Shown: in pieces, positions 41,926 to 54,070 of the stretch
How the letters are laid out: each line of letters opens with the position of its first letter
Position numbering within the stretch: the first letter of the stretch is position 1
From: Eledone cirrhosa
Lineage: Eukaryota
Direction: 5' to 3'
Assembly: GCA_964016885.1 (NCBI GenBank)
Contig: OZ024750.1
Coordinates: forward strand, 39,246,001-39,310,000
DNA: 64,000 nucleotides
Notes under the pieces: generated by a model
What the model was told of the DNA's origin: nothing
Databases searched by the model: none
What the model saw: the letters and a program-made list of their open reading frames with translations, nothing else
Translations under genes and position numbers: made by a program

Positions 41926-42678
41926 AACGCAAACAACAGGTGATGAGGGAGTCATCTACCAGTTTTCAAAATGACCATTCAGTTATTTAATCAACTGATC
42001 ATCCAGCTTATGAATGAACTCGCAAGTGGTTGAGTATTCCACAAACATGTGTATCTTTTTAACCTCGCTGAAACATTGTGACAAGGAAGAAATGGAGGTT
42101 TCTCGGTTTTGACCCTGAATGGTACTACTCTAATGTCAAAGTGGCTGAGCATAGACATGTGTATCTTAATGTAACTCTCAGGGAGATTCAGCATGAAACA
42201 GTGTGTGAATTACAAGTACAGCCCAATGAGGTTCTAAACAAGGCACAGCTTGACTTGAGGCCATGATAAATGACACTTCCCCACTTACCCACCATATCAC
42301 GTTTTGGGATTGAACCCAGAACCTAAACTTCTGAACCATTCAGCCATGTTGTGTCCATATCAGAATGTTGAAGTACAGATACTATGATTCAACAGGCTTC
42401 CACATAGTCTCCATCTACACAATTTCACTAGCAAGGTCAACCCAAATCTATAGCAAAGAAACTTGTCCAAAATGCCACACAGTAGAATCAAATCCAAGCC
42501 TAGTAAACATTTATTAAATATCTAACTATTATTAAAAGATCCTTACACAATATTAAGAGTTAAAGATACTATAAACATTTGAATTAACAAACCCAACTTA
42601 GATATTTTCTATTAAATCATTACATGATTTTATACCATAAACGTTGGAATTAACAAAACTATTTTTATATAATTTCTT

Positions 42679-42975
42679 TTAACTCTTTAACATTTAAACT
42701 GGCCATATCCGCCCATCATTCTCTCACCTGTTTCTGATCAAACTGGCTGTAACCAGTCATTCATACTGATGTTAAGGTATTGTTCTCAAAATAAATAGCA
42801 TCAAAATCTCATAGATTCGATATTATGTGAAGTAAAGCCTTTACCATGAAAATACAATAGTAAATATAGAGTAATCATCATCATCATTTTATGTCCGCTT
42901 TTCCCTGCTTGCAAGGATGGGACGGGTCCTATTCAGCACAGCATCTTTCCACTTGTCACGGTCCTAAAGGGTTGA
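42679..42975 (-). mobile_element. piggyBac-type MITE copy D (unexpanded), interrupted by an RTE-tail insertion at ~42874
   Basis: TTAA|CTCTTTAACATTTA start, same body as copy C, remnant TAAAGGGTT at ~42965. Confidence 0.7.
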
Positions 42976-43083
42976 ACCATTATAGGATATTAAGAGTTAG
43001 GGATAAATCAACCTATCTTAGTTGACTAAGGGGGGGGGGGGGGAATCCCTACAGAAATGTAAAATATATTTCCAAAGACTTAC

Positions 43084-43222
43084 TTCAAAATCTTGAATAT
43101 GTTGTTCCACCAAATTGTTCTTGTGTAACACAATAACAGGTCTGCCAATAGTATCCAGGTAAGTAAAATGCAATTGTCTTTTACCTTGAACAACTTCAAA
43201 TGGAGTTCTCAGTTTGATGTTT
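43084..43222 (-). CDS. RPN1: Ribophorin I exon 7
   Basis: NIKLRTPFEVVQGKRQLHFTYLDTIGRPVIVLHKNNLVEQHIQDFE; 139 bp, AG/GT. Confidence 0.95.
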
Positions 43223-43555
43223 CTGAAGAATATCAACAATGAAAATAACAATTTTACTTCAACCTCTCATACAATTTGATACTTCTTTGTCACACACACA
43301 CACACATATATATATATGTATATATATATTAATAAAAGGAATTCCAACTTTGTCTGATTTACTCGTTTTATTTACAATCCTTTGAAATTTATAATGGTAT
43401 TAGAATGAAATAGTATGGTAGAATATTAAATGTTAAGTGTTAATTGAACAAGTACTTTCATGCTTTCGCAATCTTCAAGTTCATATTGTGTGGTGACAGT
43501 CAAGTTTGCAATTAATATAATCTTCTATACACAATCATACACACCCGTGTATATT

Positions 43556-43626
<71 letters not shown>

Positions 43627-44159
43627 CACCCAGCCCACACTGTAAATGTAGTTGGCATTAGGAAGAGCATCCAGCCGCCAGCCGTAGAAAACCAACCAGA
43701 AACACTCCTATATGTGCGAGACATGGTCACCCAACCCAACTTGCCTCTAAATGGGACAAACCCGTCTAACCCATGCTAGCGTGGAAGATAGATGTTAATC
43801 GATGATGATATCAAGGAGGCAATTGCTTCTACACCAACAATGCCAACTCTTTTCTTAAAAAAAGCTACAATTTTAATGAATCTTATGATGAATAAAATAT
43901 AATTATTTTCACACCTCCCTATGTTTTTTAAACATATTAAATATTTCAACAAAAATACGATGTGGAGAATAAAGTAAATATATTTTCACACTTCGTTATG
44001 TTTTAAAAATATACTAAAATATTACAACTAGAATTACATTGTAGAGTGATAATAAAACAATTACAATGTACAAACTTTATACCCTTCACCTGACATTTGT
44101 AGTTTAAAGACATTTATTTATTTAATGCCTGCCAAAATTGAGGTGATAATAAAAAAATT

Positions 44160-45172
44160 ATGTTGTGTAGTAGCTATGGTATCTTGTGTAGTAGCTGTGG
44201 TATGTTGTGTAGTAGCTGTGGTATGTTGTGTAGTAGCTATGGTATGTTGTGTAGTAGCTGTGGTATGTTGTGTAGTAGCTATGGTATGTTGTGTAGTAGC
44301 TATGGTATGTTGTGTAGTAGCTATGGTATGTTGTGTAGTAGCTGTGGTATGTTGTGTAGTAGCTATGGTATGTTGTGTAGTAGCTGTGGTATGTTGTGTA
44401 GTAGCTATGGTATGTTGTGTAGTAGCTGTGGTATGTTGTGTAGTAGCTGTGGTATGTTGTGTAGTAGCTGTGGTATGTTGTGTAGTAGCTGTGGTATGTT
44501 GCGTAGTAGCTGTGGTATGTTGTGTAGTAGCTGTGGTATGTTGTGTAGTAGCTGTGGTATGTTGTGTAGTAGATGTGGTATGTTGTGTAGTAGCTGTGGT
44601 ATGTTGTGTAGTAGCTGTGGTATGTTGTGTAGTAGCTGTGGTATGTTGTGTAGTAGCTATGGTATGTTGTGTAGTAGCTATGGTATGTTGTGTAGTAGCT
44701 GTGGTATGTTGCGTAGTAGCTGTGGTATGTTGTGTAGTAGCTGTGGTATGTTGTGTAGTAGCTGTGGTATGTTGTGTAGTAGATGTGGTATGTTGTGTAG
44801 TAGCTGTGGTATGTTGTGTAGTAGCTGTGGTATGTTGTGTAGTAGCTGTGGTATGTTGTGTAGTAGCTATGGTATGTTGTGTAGTAGCTATGGTATGTTG
44901 TGTAGTAGCTGTGGTATGTTGTGTAGTAGCTGTGGTATGTTGTGTAGTAGCTGTGGTATGTTGTGTAGTAGCTGTGGTATGTTGTGTAGTAGCTATGGTA
45001 TGTTGTGTAGTAGCTGTGGTATGTTGTGTAGTAGCTATGGTATGTTGTGTAGTAGCTATGGTATGTTGTGTAGTAGCTGTGGTATGTTGTGTAGTAGCTG
45101 TGGTATGTTGTGTAGTAGCTGTGGTATGTTGTGTAGTAGCTATGGTGTGTTGTGTAGTAGCTATGGTATGTT
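44160..45172 (+). repeat. 21-bp minisatellite (tgttgtgtagtagctgtggta) x~48
   Basis: Directly visible. Confidence 0.95.
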
Positions 45173-45707
45173 GCTGCAGCTCTGTAACTTTGAATTTAAA
45201 ATATCTTTGCCCAAAGAATCGTTCCACTGAGTGGTTGGGAAAAATAAGAGAGAATGTAGATTGATGCTATAAAACTGAAACATGGTCTTTATCTTGACTC
45301 TAATTTATGAAGAACAGAGACACTAACTCTCAACATTCTCTATTACATACAACCGCCTTAGTATTCTTGAAAACTATAACATAACACTAGGACTGACCAC
45401 ATTAAATATTGAAGTCTTCACTCTAATACTACAAAATTTCACAAAGCTCTGTCTAGTAATAAAAATACTATAAACATTTGAATTAACAAATCCATATTTT
45501 TAGATATTATCTGCTAAATGTGGTTTGCATTTGGAAGGGCATCCAGACATAGAAACCAGGCTAGAAATAGTCCCGTATGAACAAGACAATCATTTGATCT
45601 GGCTTGTCTCACAATGGGACAACTTGTGTAACCCATGGTAGCGTGGAAAAATGGACGTTAAACAGAGATGATGATGAGTAAAGAGAAAATGAAGACAATA
45701 TATTTAC

Positions 45708-45807
45708 TTAGAACCTTCTGGAAGAATTATCTTCACTGTCAAATGATCAACAATTTGGTCGTCAAATATATGATCAATAAGACGCATCTTTAATAAATAT
45801 TTGTCAC
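45708..45807 (-). CDS. RPN1: Ribophorin I exon 6
   Basis: [33 protein letters not shown]; 100 bp, AG/GT. Confidence 0.95.
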
Positions 45808-45914
45808 CTACAAAACAGAGATAACATACATTAGTTTTCCTCATCCACCAACAGGAAAATACACACACATATATACATGCACTCTCACACACACATACAC
45901 AAACTTATATAGGG

Positions 45915-46250
45915 TAAAAACCCCCTTCGGTCAGTAATGACCATGGGATTTACACCTAGGAAGTTCCCCTCCGAGGCACAAGTCCAGGCAAGGTTGTTTG
46001 TGGAAGACCAGCAGTCACCCATGTATACCGATCTCTCCTTCTCCATGCCACCAATGTTTTCCAAAGGAAAGGCAATGGCTGATACAGCTTGGCACCAGTG
46101 ATGTCACAACTCATTTCTACAGTTGAGTCAACTGGAGCAACATGAAATAAAGTGTCTTGCCCAAGAACACAACACAAAGCCCGGTCTGAGAATCGAACTC
46201 ACAACCTCACGATTGTAAGCCCAATGCTCTAACCACTCAACCATGCTCCT
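45915..46250 (-). mobile_element. Full-length tRNA-derived SINE family 2 (CORE-like)
   Basis: A-box tggttgagtgg, B-box gttcgattc, cttgggcaagacact core. Colinear with 52703-53025. Confidence 0.85.
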
Positions 46251-46294
46251 TCACCCACAAACATACACACACTCATACATAGAGAGACAATGTG

Positions 46295-46860
46295 TTAGTG
46301 TAGGTGCCACAATACACCCAGTACATCCTGTAAAGTGGTAGTATTGGTGCCACAATAAAATGCACCCAGTACACCCTGTAATGTGGAAATGTTGGTGCCA
46401 CAATACACCTAGTACACCCTGTAAAGTGGTAGTGTTGGTGCCACAATACACCCAGTACACCCTGTAAAGTGGTAGTATTGGTGCCACAATACACCCAGTA
46501 GACCCTGTAAAGTGGTAGTGTTGGAGCCACAATACACCTAGTACACCCTGTAAAGTGGTAGTGTTGGTGCCACAATACACCCAGTACACCCTGTAAAGTG
46601 GTAGTATTGGTGCCACAATAAAATGCACCCAGTACACCCTGTAATGTGGAAATGTTGGTGCCACAATACACCTAGTACACCCTGTAAAGTGGTAGTATTG
46701 GTGCCACAATAAAATGCACCCAGTACACCCTGTAATGTGGAAATGTTGGTGCCACAATACACCTAGTACACCCTGTAAAGTAGTAGTGTTGGTGCCACAA
46801 TACACCCAGTACACCCTGTAAAGTGGTAGTATTGGTGCCACAATACACCCAGTACATTCT
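46295..46860 (+). repeat. 43/48-bp minisatellite related to RTE 3'UTR subrepeat
   Basis: Units of cccagtacaccctgtaaagtggtagtattggtgccacaata. Confidence 0.9.
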
Positions 46861-47087
46861 GCAAAGAAGCCATGCCAGATATAAAATGTGAAAGTTATAT
46901 ATTTTACTAACTCACTCCACCCATTATTTTCAAACTGATTTGAAAATAATAGACCTGGTAATCATCATCATCACTGTTTTATGTCTATTTTTTTATACTA
47001 GCATGGGTTAAACGAGTTGTCCTCTTGTGAGCAATGTTAGGCCAGGTGACCATGTCTTGCTCATACAGAACTGATTTTGGTTTGGTT

Positions 47088-48800
47088 TGTCGTGACACCT
47101 ACATGACCACTTTACAGTGTGGACTGGGAGGTTTTGTCATGACACCTACATGACCATTTTACAGTGTGGACTGGGTGCTTTTTGTTGTGACACCTACATG
47201 ACCACTTTACAGTGTGGACTGGGAGGTTTATTCATGACACCTACATGACCACTTTACAGTGAGGACTGGTGCTTTTTGTCGTGACACCTACATGACCACT
47301 TTACAGTGTGGACTGGGAGGTTTTGTCATGACACCTACATGACCACTTTATTGTGTGGACTGGGAGGTTTTGTCATGGCACCTACATGACCACTTTACAG
47401 TGTGGACTGGGAGGTTTTGTCATGACACCTACATGACCATTTTACAGTGTGGACTGGGAGGTTTTGTCATGACACCTACATGACCACTTTACAGTGTGGA
47501 CTGGGAGGTTTTGTCATGACACCTACATGACCACTTTACAGTGTGGACTGGGTGCTTTTTGTTGTGACACCTACATGACCACTTTACAGTGTGGACTGGG
47601 AGGTTTATTAATGACACCTACATGACCACTTTACAGTGAGGACTGGTGCTTTTTGTCGTGACACCTAAATGACCACTTTACAGTGTGGACTGGGAGGTTT
47701 TGTCATGACACCTACATGACCACTTTACTGTGTGGACTGGGAGGTTTTGTCATGGCACCTACATGACCACTTTACAGTGTGGACTGGGAGGTTTTGTCAT
47801 GACCACTTTACAGTGTGGACTGGGAGGTTTTGTCATGACACCTACATGACCACTTTACAGTGTGGACTGGGAGGTTTTGTCATGACACCTACATGACCAC
47901 TTTACAGTGTGGACTGGAGGCTTTTTGGCGTGACACCTACATGACCATTTTACAGTGTGTACTGGGGGCTTTTTGCCATATCACCATCACAACCACTTTA
48001 CAGTGTGGGCTGGGCGCATTTTGCCATGTCACCATCACAACCACTTTACAGTGTGGGTTGAATTTTTTTTGCCATGTCACCATCACGATCTCACCTACAC
48101 AACCACTTTACAGTGTGGATTGGGGGCTGTTTGTCGTGACACCTATACGACCACTTTACAGTGTGGGCTGGGTGCTTTTTGTCGTGACACCTATACGACC
48201 ACTTTACAGTGTGGGCTGGGTGCTTTTTGTCGTGACACCTATACGACCACTTTACAGTGTGGACTGGGAGCTTTTTGTCGTGACACCTATACGACCACTT
48301 TACAGTGTGGGCTGGGGGCTTTTTGTCGTGACACCTATACGACCACTTTACAGTGTGGACTGGGAGCTTTTTGTCGTGTCACCATCACGACCACTTTACA
48401 GTGTGGGCTGAGGGCTTTTTGTCGTGACACCTATATGACCACTTTACAGTGTGGGCTGGGGGCTTTTTGTCGTCTCACCATCACGACCACTTTACAGTGT
48501 GCGCTGGGGGCTTTTTGTCGTGACACCTATATGACCACTTTACAGTGTGGGCTGGGGGCTTTTTGTCGTCTCACCATCACGACCACTTTACAGTGTGGGC
48601 TGGGGGCTTTTTGTCGTCTCACTATCACGACCACTTTACAGTGTGGGCTGGGGGCTTTTTGTCGTCTCACCATCACGACCACTTTACAGTGTGGGCTGGG
48701 GGCTTTTTGTCGTCTCACTATCACGACCACTTTACAGTGTGGGCTGGGGGCTTTTTGTCGTCTCACCATCACGACCACTTTACAGTGTGGACTGGGGGCT
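47088..48800 (-). repeat. 47-bp minisatellite (~36 units) expanded from an RTE 3'UTR (tail remnant at 46960-47088)
   Basis: The unit is the reverse complement of gtaggtgtcacgacaaaaa..cagtccacactgtaaa(t)gtgg found in the RTE 3'UTR. Confidence 0.9.
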
Positions 48801-48859
48801 TAACTGGATAATAAAAATGTTAATCTGTTAATCCAACAAGTCAACAGTAACTGGTTTAC

Positions 48860-49052
48860 CTTTATTGTAAAGATATTCATAACTAGGTGTATTGTATCCA
48901 ATATAATACTGGGTCTTCCAACCACCAAACAAGGGGAACCTAGGACGAAGTTCTAATTCCACAGAATCATCCATTTCCTTCAAATGACTTGTAGAGATAT
49001 TTCCAATTTCATCACGGTAATAAACATCTCTGGCAGCAGCTGGTAGAATGGT
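48860..49052 (-). CDS. RPN1: Ribophorin I exon 5
   Basis: [64 protein letters not shown] (RPN1 signature, NxS sequon); 193 bp. Confidence 0.97.
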
Positions 49053-49243
49053 CTAGATGGTGATAAAATAGAAGGGGAAAATAGATTTATATTTTATATA
49101 TAAGAGAGAGATAGAGATAGAGTTTTGGCAGAAGAGTCTATATGGTGATAAAATAGAAGGGAAAGATAGATTTATATGAGAGAGAGAGAGCTTTGGCAGA
49201 ATGGTCTACATGGTGGAAAAATAGAAGGGAAAATAGATTTATA

Positions 49244-49276
<33 letters not shown>

Positions 49277-51122
49277 GATGAAATGCAGTTCGGGTTTGTG
49301 TCAGGCAAAAGTACCACAGACGCTCTTTTCATTGTACGACAACTACAGGAGAAGTACCTAGCTAAAAGTAAACCCCTATACTTAGCTTTTGTCGACTTGG
49401 AGAAAGCCTTCGACAGAGTCCCCCGTTCCATTATCTGGTGGTCTCTTAGAAAACTAGGTGTTGACGAATGGCTTGTGAGAGCTATACAAGCCATGTATAA
49501 AGAAACAGTCAGTAAGGTTAGAATTAACAACGAATATAGTGAAGAGTTTAGCGTAAAAGTTGGTGTCCATCAGGGCTCTGTACTTAGCCCCCTACTATTT
49601 ATTATTGCCCTTCAGGCTATAACAGAGGAGTTCAAGACCGGCTGCCCATGGGAACTCCTATACGCAGATGATCTAACGCTCATAGCTGAATCAATGACCG
49701 AACTAGAGAAGAAATTCCAAACGTGGAAGCACGGCCTAGAATCAAAAGGCCTTAAAATTAACCTGGCTAAGACTAAAGTTCTAGTTTGTAGGAAAGAAAA
49801 TAAGGCGGCGGTCCCATCGGGGAAATGGCCATGCTCAGTGTGTAGGAAAGGCGTAGGTAGAAACTCCATTTTATGTCCCAAATGCAAAGTATGGGTGCAT
49901 AAAAGATGTAGTGGGATCACAGGTAAGCTAACTAAGAACATAGATTTTACATGTGGCCGGTGCTCTGGTGCAATAAGTAGCAGCAAGTGCCCACAAAATA
50001 CTAGCTCCTTCAACTGCGCAGAGGGTTCTATAGAAATAGTGGACAGCTTCCGTTATCTGGGTGACAAAATCAGCAGTGGGGGAGGGTGCTCTGAAAGTAC
50101 AGTAGCTAGAGTCAGAACTGGATGGAAAAAGTTCAGAGAGCTTATACCACTATTAGCCGCTAGAGGGTTCTCCCTAAAAATGAAAGGCAGGTTATACGAT
50201 GCCTGCATACGAACAGCAATGCTGCATGGCAGTGAGACCTGGGCATTGTGTGCAGAGGATATACGCAGACTAGAGAGGAACGAAGCTTGCATGCTCCGCT
50301 GGATGTGCAATAGTAATATACGTGAACGGCAAAGCATAAACGAACTAAGGAAAAAATTAGAAATAAGAGGGATCAGATGTTGTTTACTCGAGAGAAGGCT
50401 ACGTTGGTACGGTCACGTGATGCGCATGAAAGACGACAGCTGTATAACAAAGTGCAGGGCAATAAAGATAGACGGTAGCCACGGAGTAGGCAGACCCAGA
50501 AAAACATGGGACGAGCTGATAAATTCCGACCTCACACGCTTACACCTCTCCAAGACAATGTCACTGGACCGAGACCTTTGGCGGTACTCAGTAATAGAGA
50601 AGACCCGCCTTACCTAAATACAAAGTAAAAACCTACTACAGTCAGTAGGCACCTCTATCAAAACACACCCCCGTCCCACCACCTCCACCCCACCCACACC
50701 GCCCCTTTCAATGTAAAGTTATGTTGGTCCCACAACATCCAGGCCGAAACAAATGAGATCGTGTAGGTGTCACGACAAAAAACACACAGTCCACGCTGTA
50801 AATGTGGCCGTGTAGGCAACACGGTAAAAACCTCCCAGCCCCACACTGTAAATGTGGTTGGTGTTAGGAAGGGCATCCAGCTGTAGAAAACCCGCCAGAC
50901 AGTCCACGCTGTAATGTGGCCGTGTAGGCAACACGGTAAAAACCTCCCAGCCCCACACTGTAAATGTGGTTGGTGTTAGGAAGGGCATCCAACTGTAGAA
51001 AACCCGCCAGACAGTCCTATGCGAGCAAGACAACCACTCTTGCCTCAAGTGGGAAAACCCCCGTCCAAACCCATGCAAGCGTGGAACACGGACGCTAAAC
51101 CTGATGATGATGATGATGATGA
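49277..51122 (+). mobile_element. 5'-truncated RTE-clade LINE: RT (QFGF, FVDLEKAFD, GVHQG, YADD) + PHD-like finger + 3'UTR + (GAT)n tail
   Basis: Uninterrupted ORF to 50617 with RT motifs. Inserted in (TA)n within RPN1 intron 4. Confidence 0.93.
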
Positions 51123-51514
51123 TATATACATATATGCAGGTAAAATACTATTATAACAAATTTTTCAGTATAATGAAACTTTTTTCAATCCCTGAGATAA
51201 CAAAACACTTGATTTGTTTTGGTTGATCTCGTTATAAAGAATTTTTCATTACAACAAATATTTTTTATACCTCGTGAATTTCATTATAATGGAATTTCAC
51301 TGTATATACTTTCTTTTCATTCTGTAACTCCTGAAGGAGTCGTAGAGGAGGAGGGGGGGGGGGGGGGGGGGCATATTGACATACAGCGTTTCTAGGGCAT
51401 TTTAAAACCTGGCCGAGCACATTTCCTCTCCAGGACTGAATACAATAGATTTCTTCCAGAGAAGAATAGAGAGAGGGAGAGAATGGAAGTGAGAAAGAGA
51501 TACAGAGGAAGAAT

Positions 51515-51660
51515 CAACCCCAGTACTAGACTGGTACTTTTTTTTATCAACCTTGAATAGATGAAAAGCAAAGTTGACATCGGTGGGATTTGAACTCAGA
51601 GAGCAAAAGGTTGAAATGGACCAGCAAAACATTCTATCTGATGTTCTAACGACTCTGCCA
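51515..51660 (-). mobile_element. Degenerate SINE family 1
   Basis: ctggtactt..gatgaaaagcaaagttgac..gggatttgaactcaga. Confidence 0.6.
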
Positions 51661-51923
51661 TATATATATATAGATATATATATACAGTGTCACAATAAAA
51701 AGTACCCAGCTCATACTGTAGCTTGGTTGGCGCTAGGTGTGTGTGTTTATATTCCATAACTTAGCTGTTCAACAAAGAGACTGATAAAATAAGTACTAGG
51801 CTTGAAAATAAATATTAGGGTCAATAGGATTGACTAAATCAACCGGTTTAAGGTAGTGTCCCAGCATGGTCACAGTCTAATGACTAAAGCCAGCAAAATA
51901 CCTAAAAGAACTGAGTTACTTAC

Positions 51924-52130
51924 TTTGAAAGACTTGATAGAGGAGACACCATCTTGGTTCCGTTGATAATCATAGCGAGAGAAAGGTCCCTTGAGGGTGG
52001 CCCCAGAATGAGTTACTCGGAAGTGTTCTTCCACTGCAATATTGCCCCAGTGGGAAATCTCAATAACACGTTCCATGCTAGTTACAGTCAAGAATGGGGT
52101 GTTATTTTCAAAATGAACTTTTAGGTCTTC
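51924..52130 (-). CDS. RPN1: Ribophorin I exon 4
   Basis: [35 protein letters not shown]...[22 protein letters not shown]; 207 bp. Confidence 0.97.
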
Positions 52131-52189
52131 CTGTAGAAAATAAAAGACAAGGAAATATTATAGAACAATTATTGAATGTGATAACAGCT

Positions 52190-52395
52190 TTAACTCTTTA
52201 GCATTTAAACTGGCCAGAATTCTTTCACCTTTTTCTGTTCAAACCAGGCATAACCAGCTGCTCATACTGATGTTAAGGTATGGTTCTCAAAATAAATAAT
52301 ATTAAAATCTCATAGAGTCAATATTATGTGAGATAAAGCCTTTACCAATAAAATGTAATAGTATATATAGAGTAATGTAAATGCTAAAGGGTTAA
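52190..52395 (-). mobile_element. piggyBac-type MITE copy C, complete and unexpanded (~200 bp)
   Basis: TTAA TSDs and 14-bp TIRs CTCTTTAGCATTTA / TAAATGCTAAAGGG. Contains a single satellite monomer. Confidence 0.85.
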
Positions 52396-52702
52396 CATTC
52401 TGTAATGACTGACGTAACAGAAAATATCTAAAAACAGGTTTGTTAATTCAAATGTTTATAATATCTTTACTAATGAACAGATCACTGTGAACATTTGCAG
52501 TAAACTAAGGACTTTAATTTCTAATATGATGCAGTCATAGTGATGTTTTGTACAGTAAGTTTGGTGTAGATTTGTTTGCATTCAAGTTAAGACAATTAAA
52601 AGTCATATTTATATATAGAAAAAGATATTTTTCTTTAGCAGGAAGACTACCCATATGTTAGATATGTTTTCCTATACACCTTTATTATACTTAAACATTG
52701 TT

Positions 52703-53025
52703 TTAGTGGTTAGAGCATTGGTCTTGCAACCGTAAGGTTGTGAGTTTGATTCTTGGACCAGGTGATGCGTTGTGTTCTTCAGCAAGACACTTTATTTCAC
52801 ATTACTCCAGTTTACTCAGCTATAGAAATGAGTTGTGACGTCACTGGTACCAAGCTGTATTGACCATAGCCTTTCCCTTGGACATTATCGGTGGCATGGA
52901 GAGGGACAACTGGTATGTATGTGTGACTGCTGGTCTTCTACAAACAAGCCTTGCCGAGGCTTGTGCATCGGAGGGAATCTTTCTAGGTGCAAAACCATGG
53001 TCATTACTGACCGATGGGAGCCTTC
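52703..53025 (+). mobile_element. SINE family 2, slightly 5'-truncated
   Basis: Colinear with 45915-46250. Confidence 0.85.
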
Positions 53026-53161
53026 TAGTGCCACTGCCAATTAAATATAATCAACCAAGCTTGTAGTGTATGCAAATGAGCAATTCCAGCCAATATTTTC
53101 TATTTGCTATATGCAAATGATCATCACACAAAATACTATATAGAATATAGTCTATTTCAGC

Positions 53162-53214
53162 GAGTGTCACTGATGAAAGAGTAACAAATCTTGAAGCAGC
53201 ACTGTATGACATTC
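53162..53214 (+). ncRNA. Degenerate type-I hammerhead ribozyme motif
   Basis: gagtgtca CTGATGA aaga-gtaacaaa-tctt GAAG cagcactg TA tgacattc. All three stems pair, but A15.1 is replaced by G. Confidence 0.55.
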
Positions 53215-53550
53215 TCAGAACCTACTGGCAACTCTATTCACAGAGGAAAAATACTTTTCTTTGGCAACAAGGCTACTCATATATTTATTGTATATAAACA
53301 TATATATATATTTTCATATACACTCTATTATACTTAAACACTGTCTTAGTGCTACCACCAATTAAATAAGCATATATATAGTGTATGTGTGTGTGTGTAT
53401 CTAGTTTAAAATAAGTATACCATAACCAGGCATATCATAAGAAGTAACTAAAAAGGTTGGTGTCAGGAATGGCATCCAACTGTAAAACATTGCCTCAAAA
53501 AGCTCCGTCCAACCCATGCCAGCATAGAAAATCTACTCATATAATAGCCT

Positions 53551-54070
53551 TGTGTAGTTGATTATCACACACTAGAGATGACTGAGGACGGAAGGGGTGT
53601 CTAATACACACGCATCTATGTGATGACTGAGAAAGTAGGTGTGTGTGAGAAACTATAGAAGTCCAGCGTTCTAAGATTCATCACAGCTGTGTGTTTATAT
53701 GTTTGTATCACGGCAAGGCACTACAGATGTCGTGGCCATCCACTGCAGCCAAGGAAGTGCCTGGTCATGACGGTCCTCCATACCGCCGGATTCTGGCTTC
53801 TACGGCCGAGTGAGTGGGACCGTCACTGTGCACTGGCCCTCCTCCCACTATAAACCTTTCCCGCACAGGTTTCTTCTTCTTTAGCGTGCACTCCCAAAGC
53901 CCTGCGGCGATGTCCCCGGACTTGCAAGTCAAGGATCGGCCTCCAGGGCCACCTTCGTGCCCACGGCAGATGGGAACAACAATAAAGAAGATGTCATCAT
54001 CGTTTACGATGGACAACCAAGAAGAGAGATCACTTGTGTGAATGAGCACCAAGGAACCAACCAACCAACA
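53551..54070. mobile_element. CpG-rich insertion, possible solo LTR or LINE 5'UTR
   Basis: GC/CpG-rich against its flanks, TATAAA ~53849, AATAAA 53981, ends ...CAACA. No clean TSD was found. Confidence 0.3.

Noticed and set aside
44118-48831. Repeat ORFs in the 21-bp and 43-48-bp arrays (also 60035-61234)
   Set aside because: Intronic minisatellites with overlapping frames on both strands and no splice or start context.
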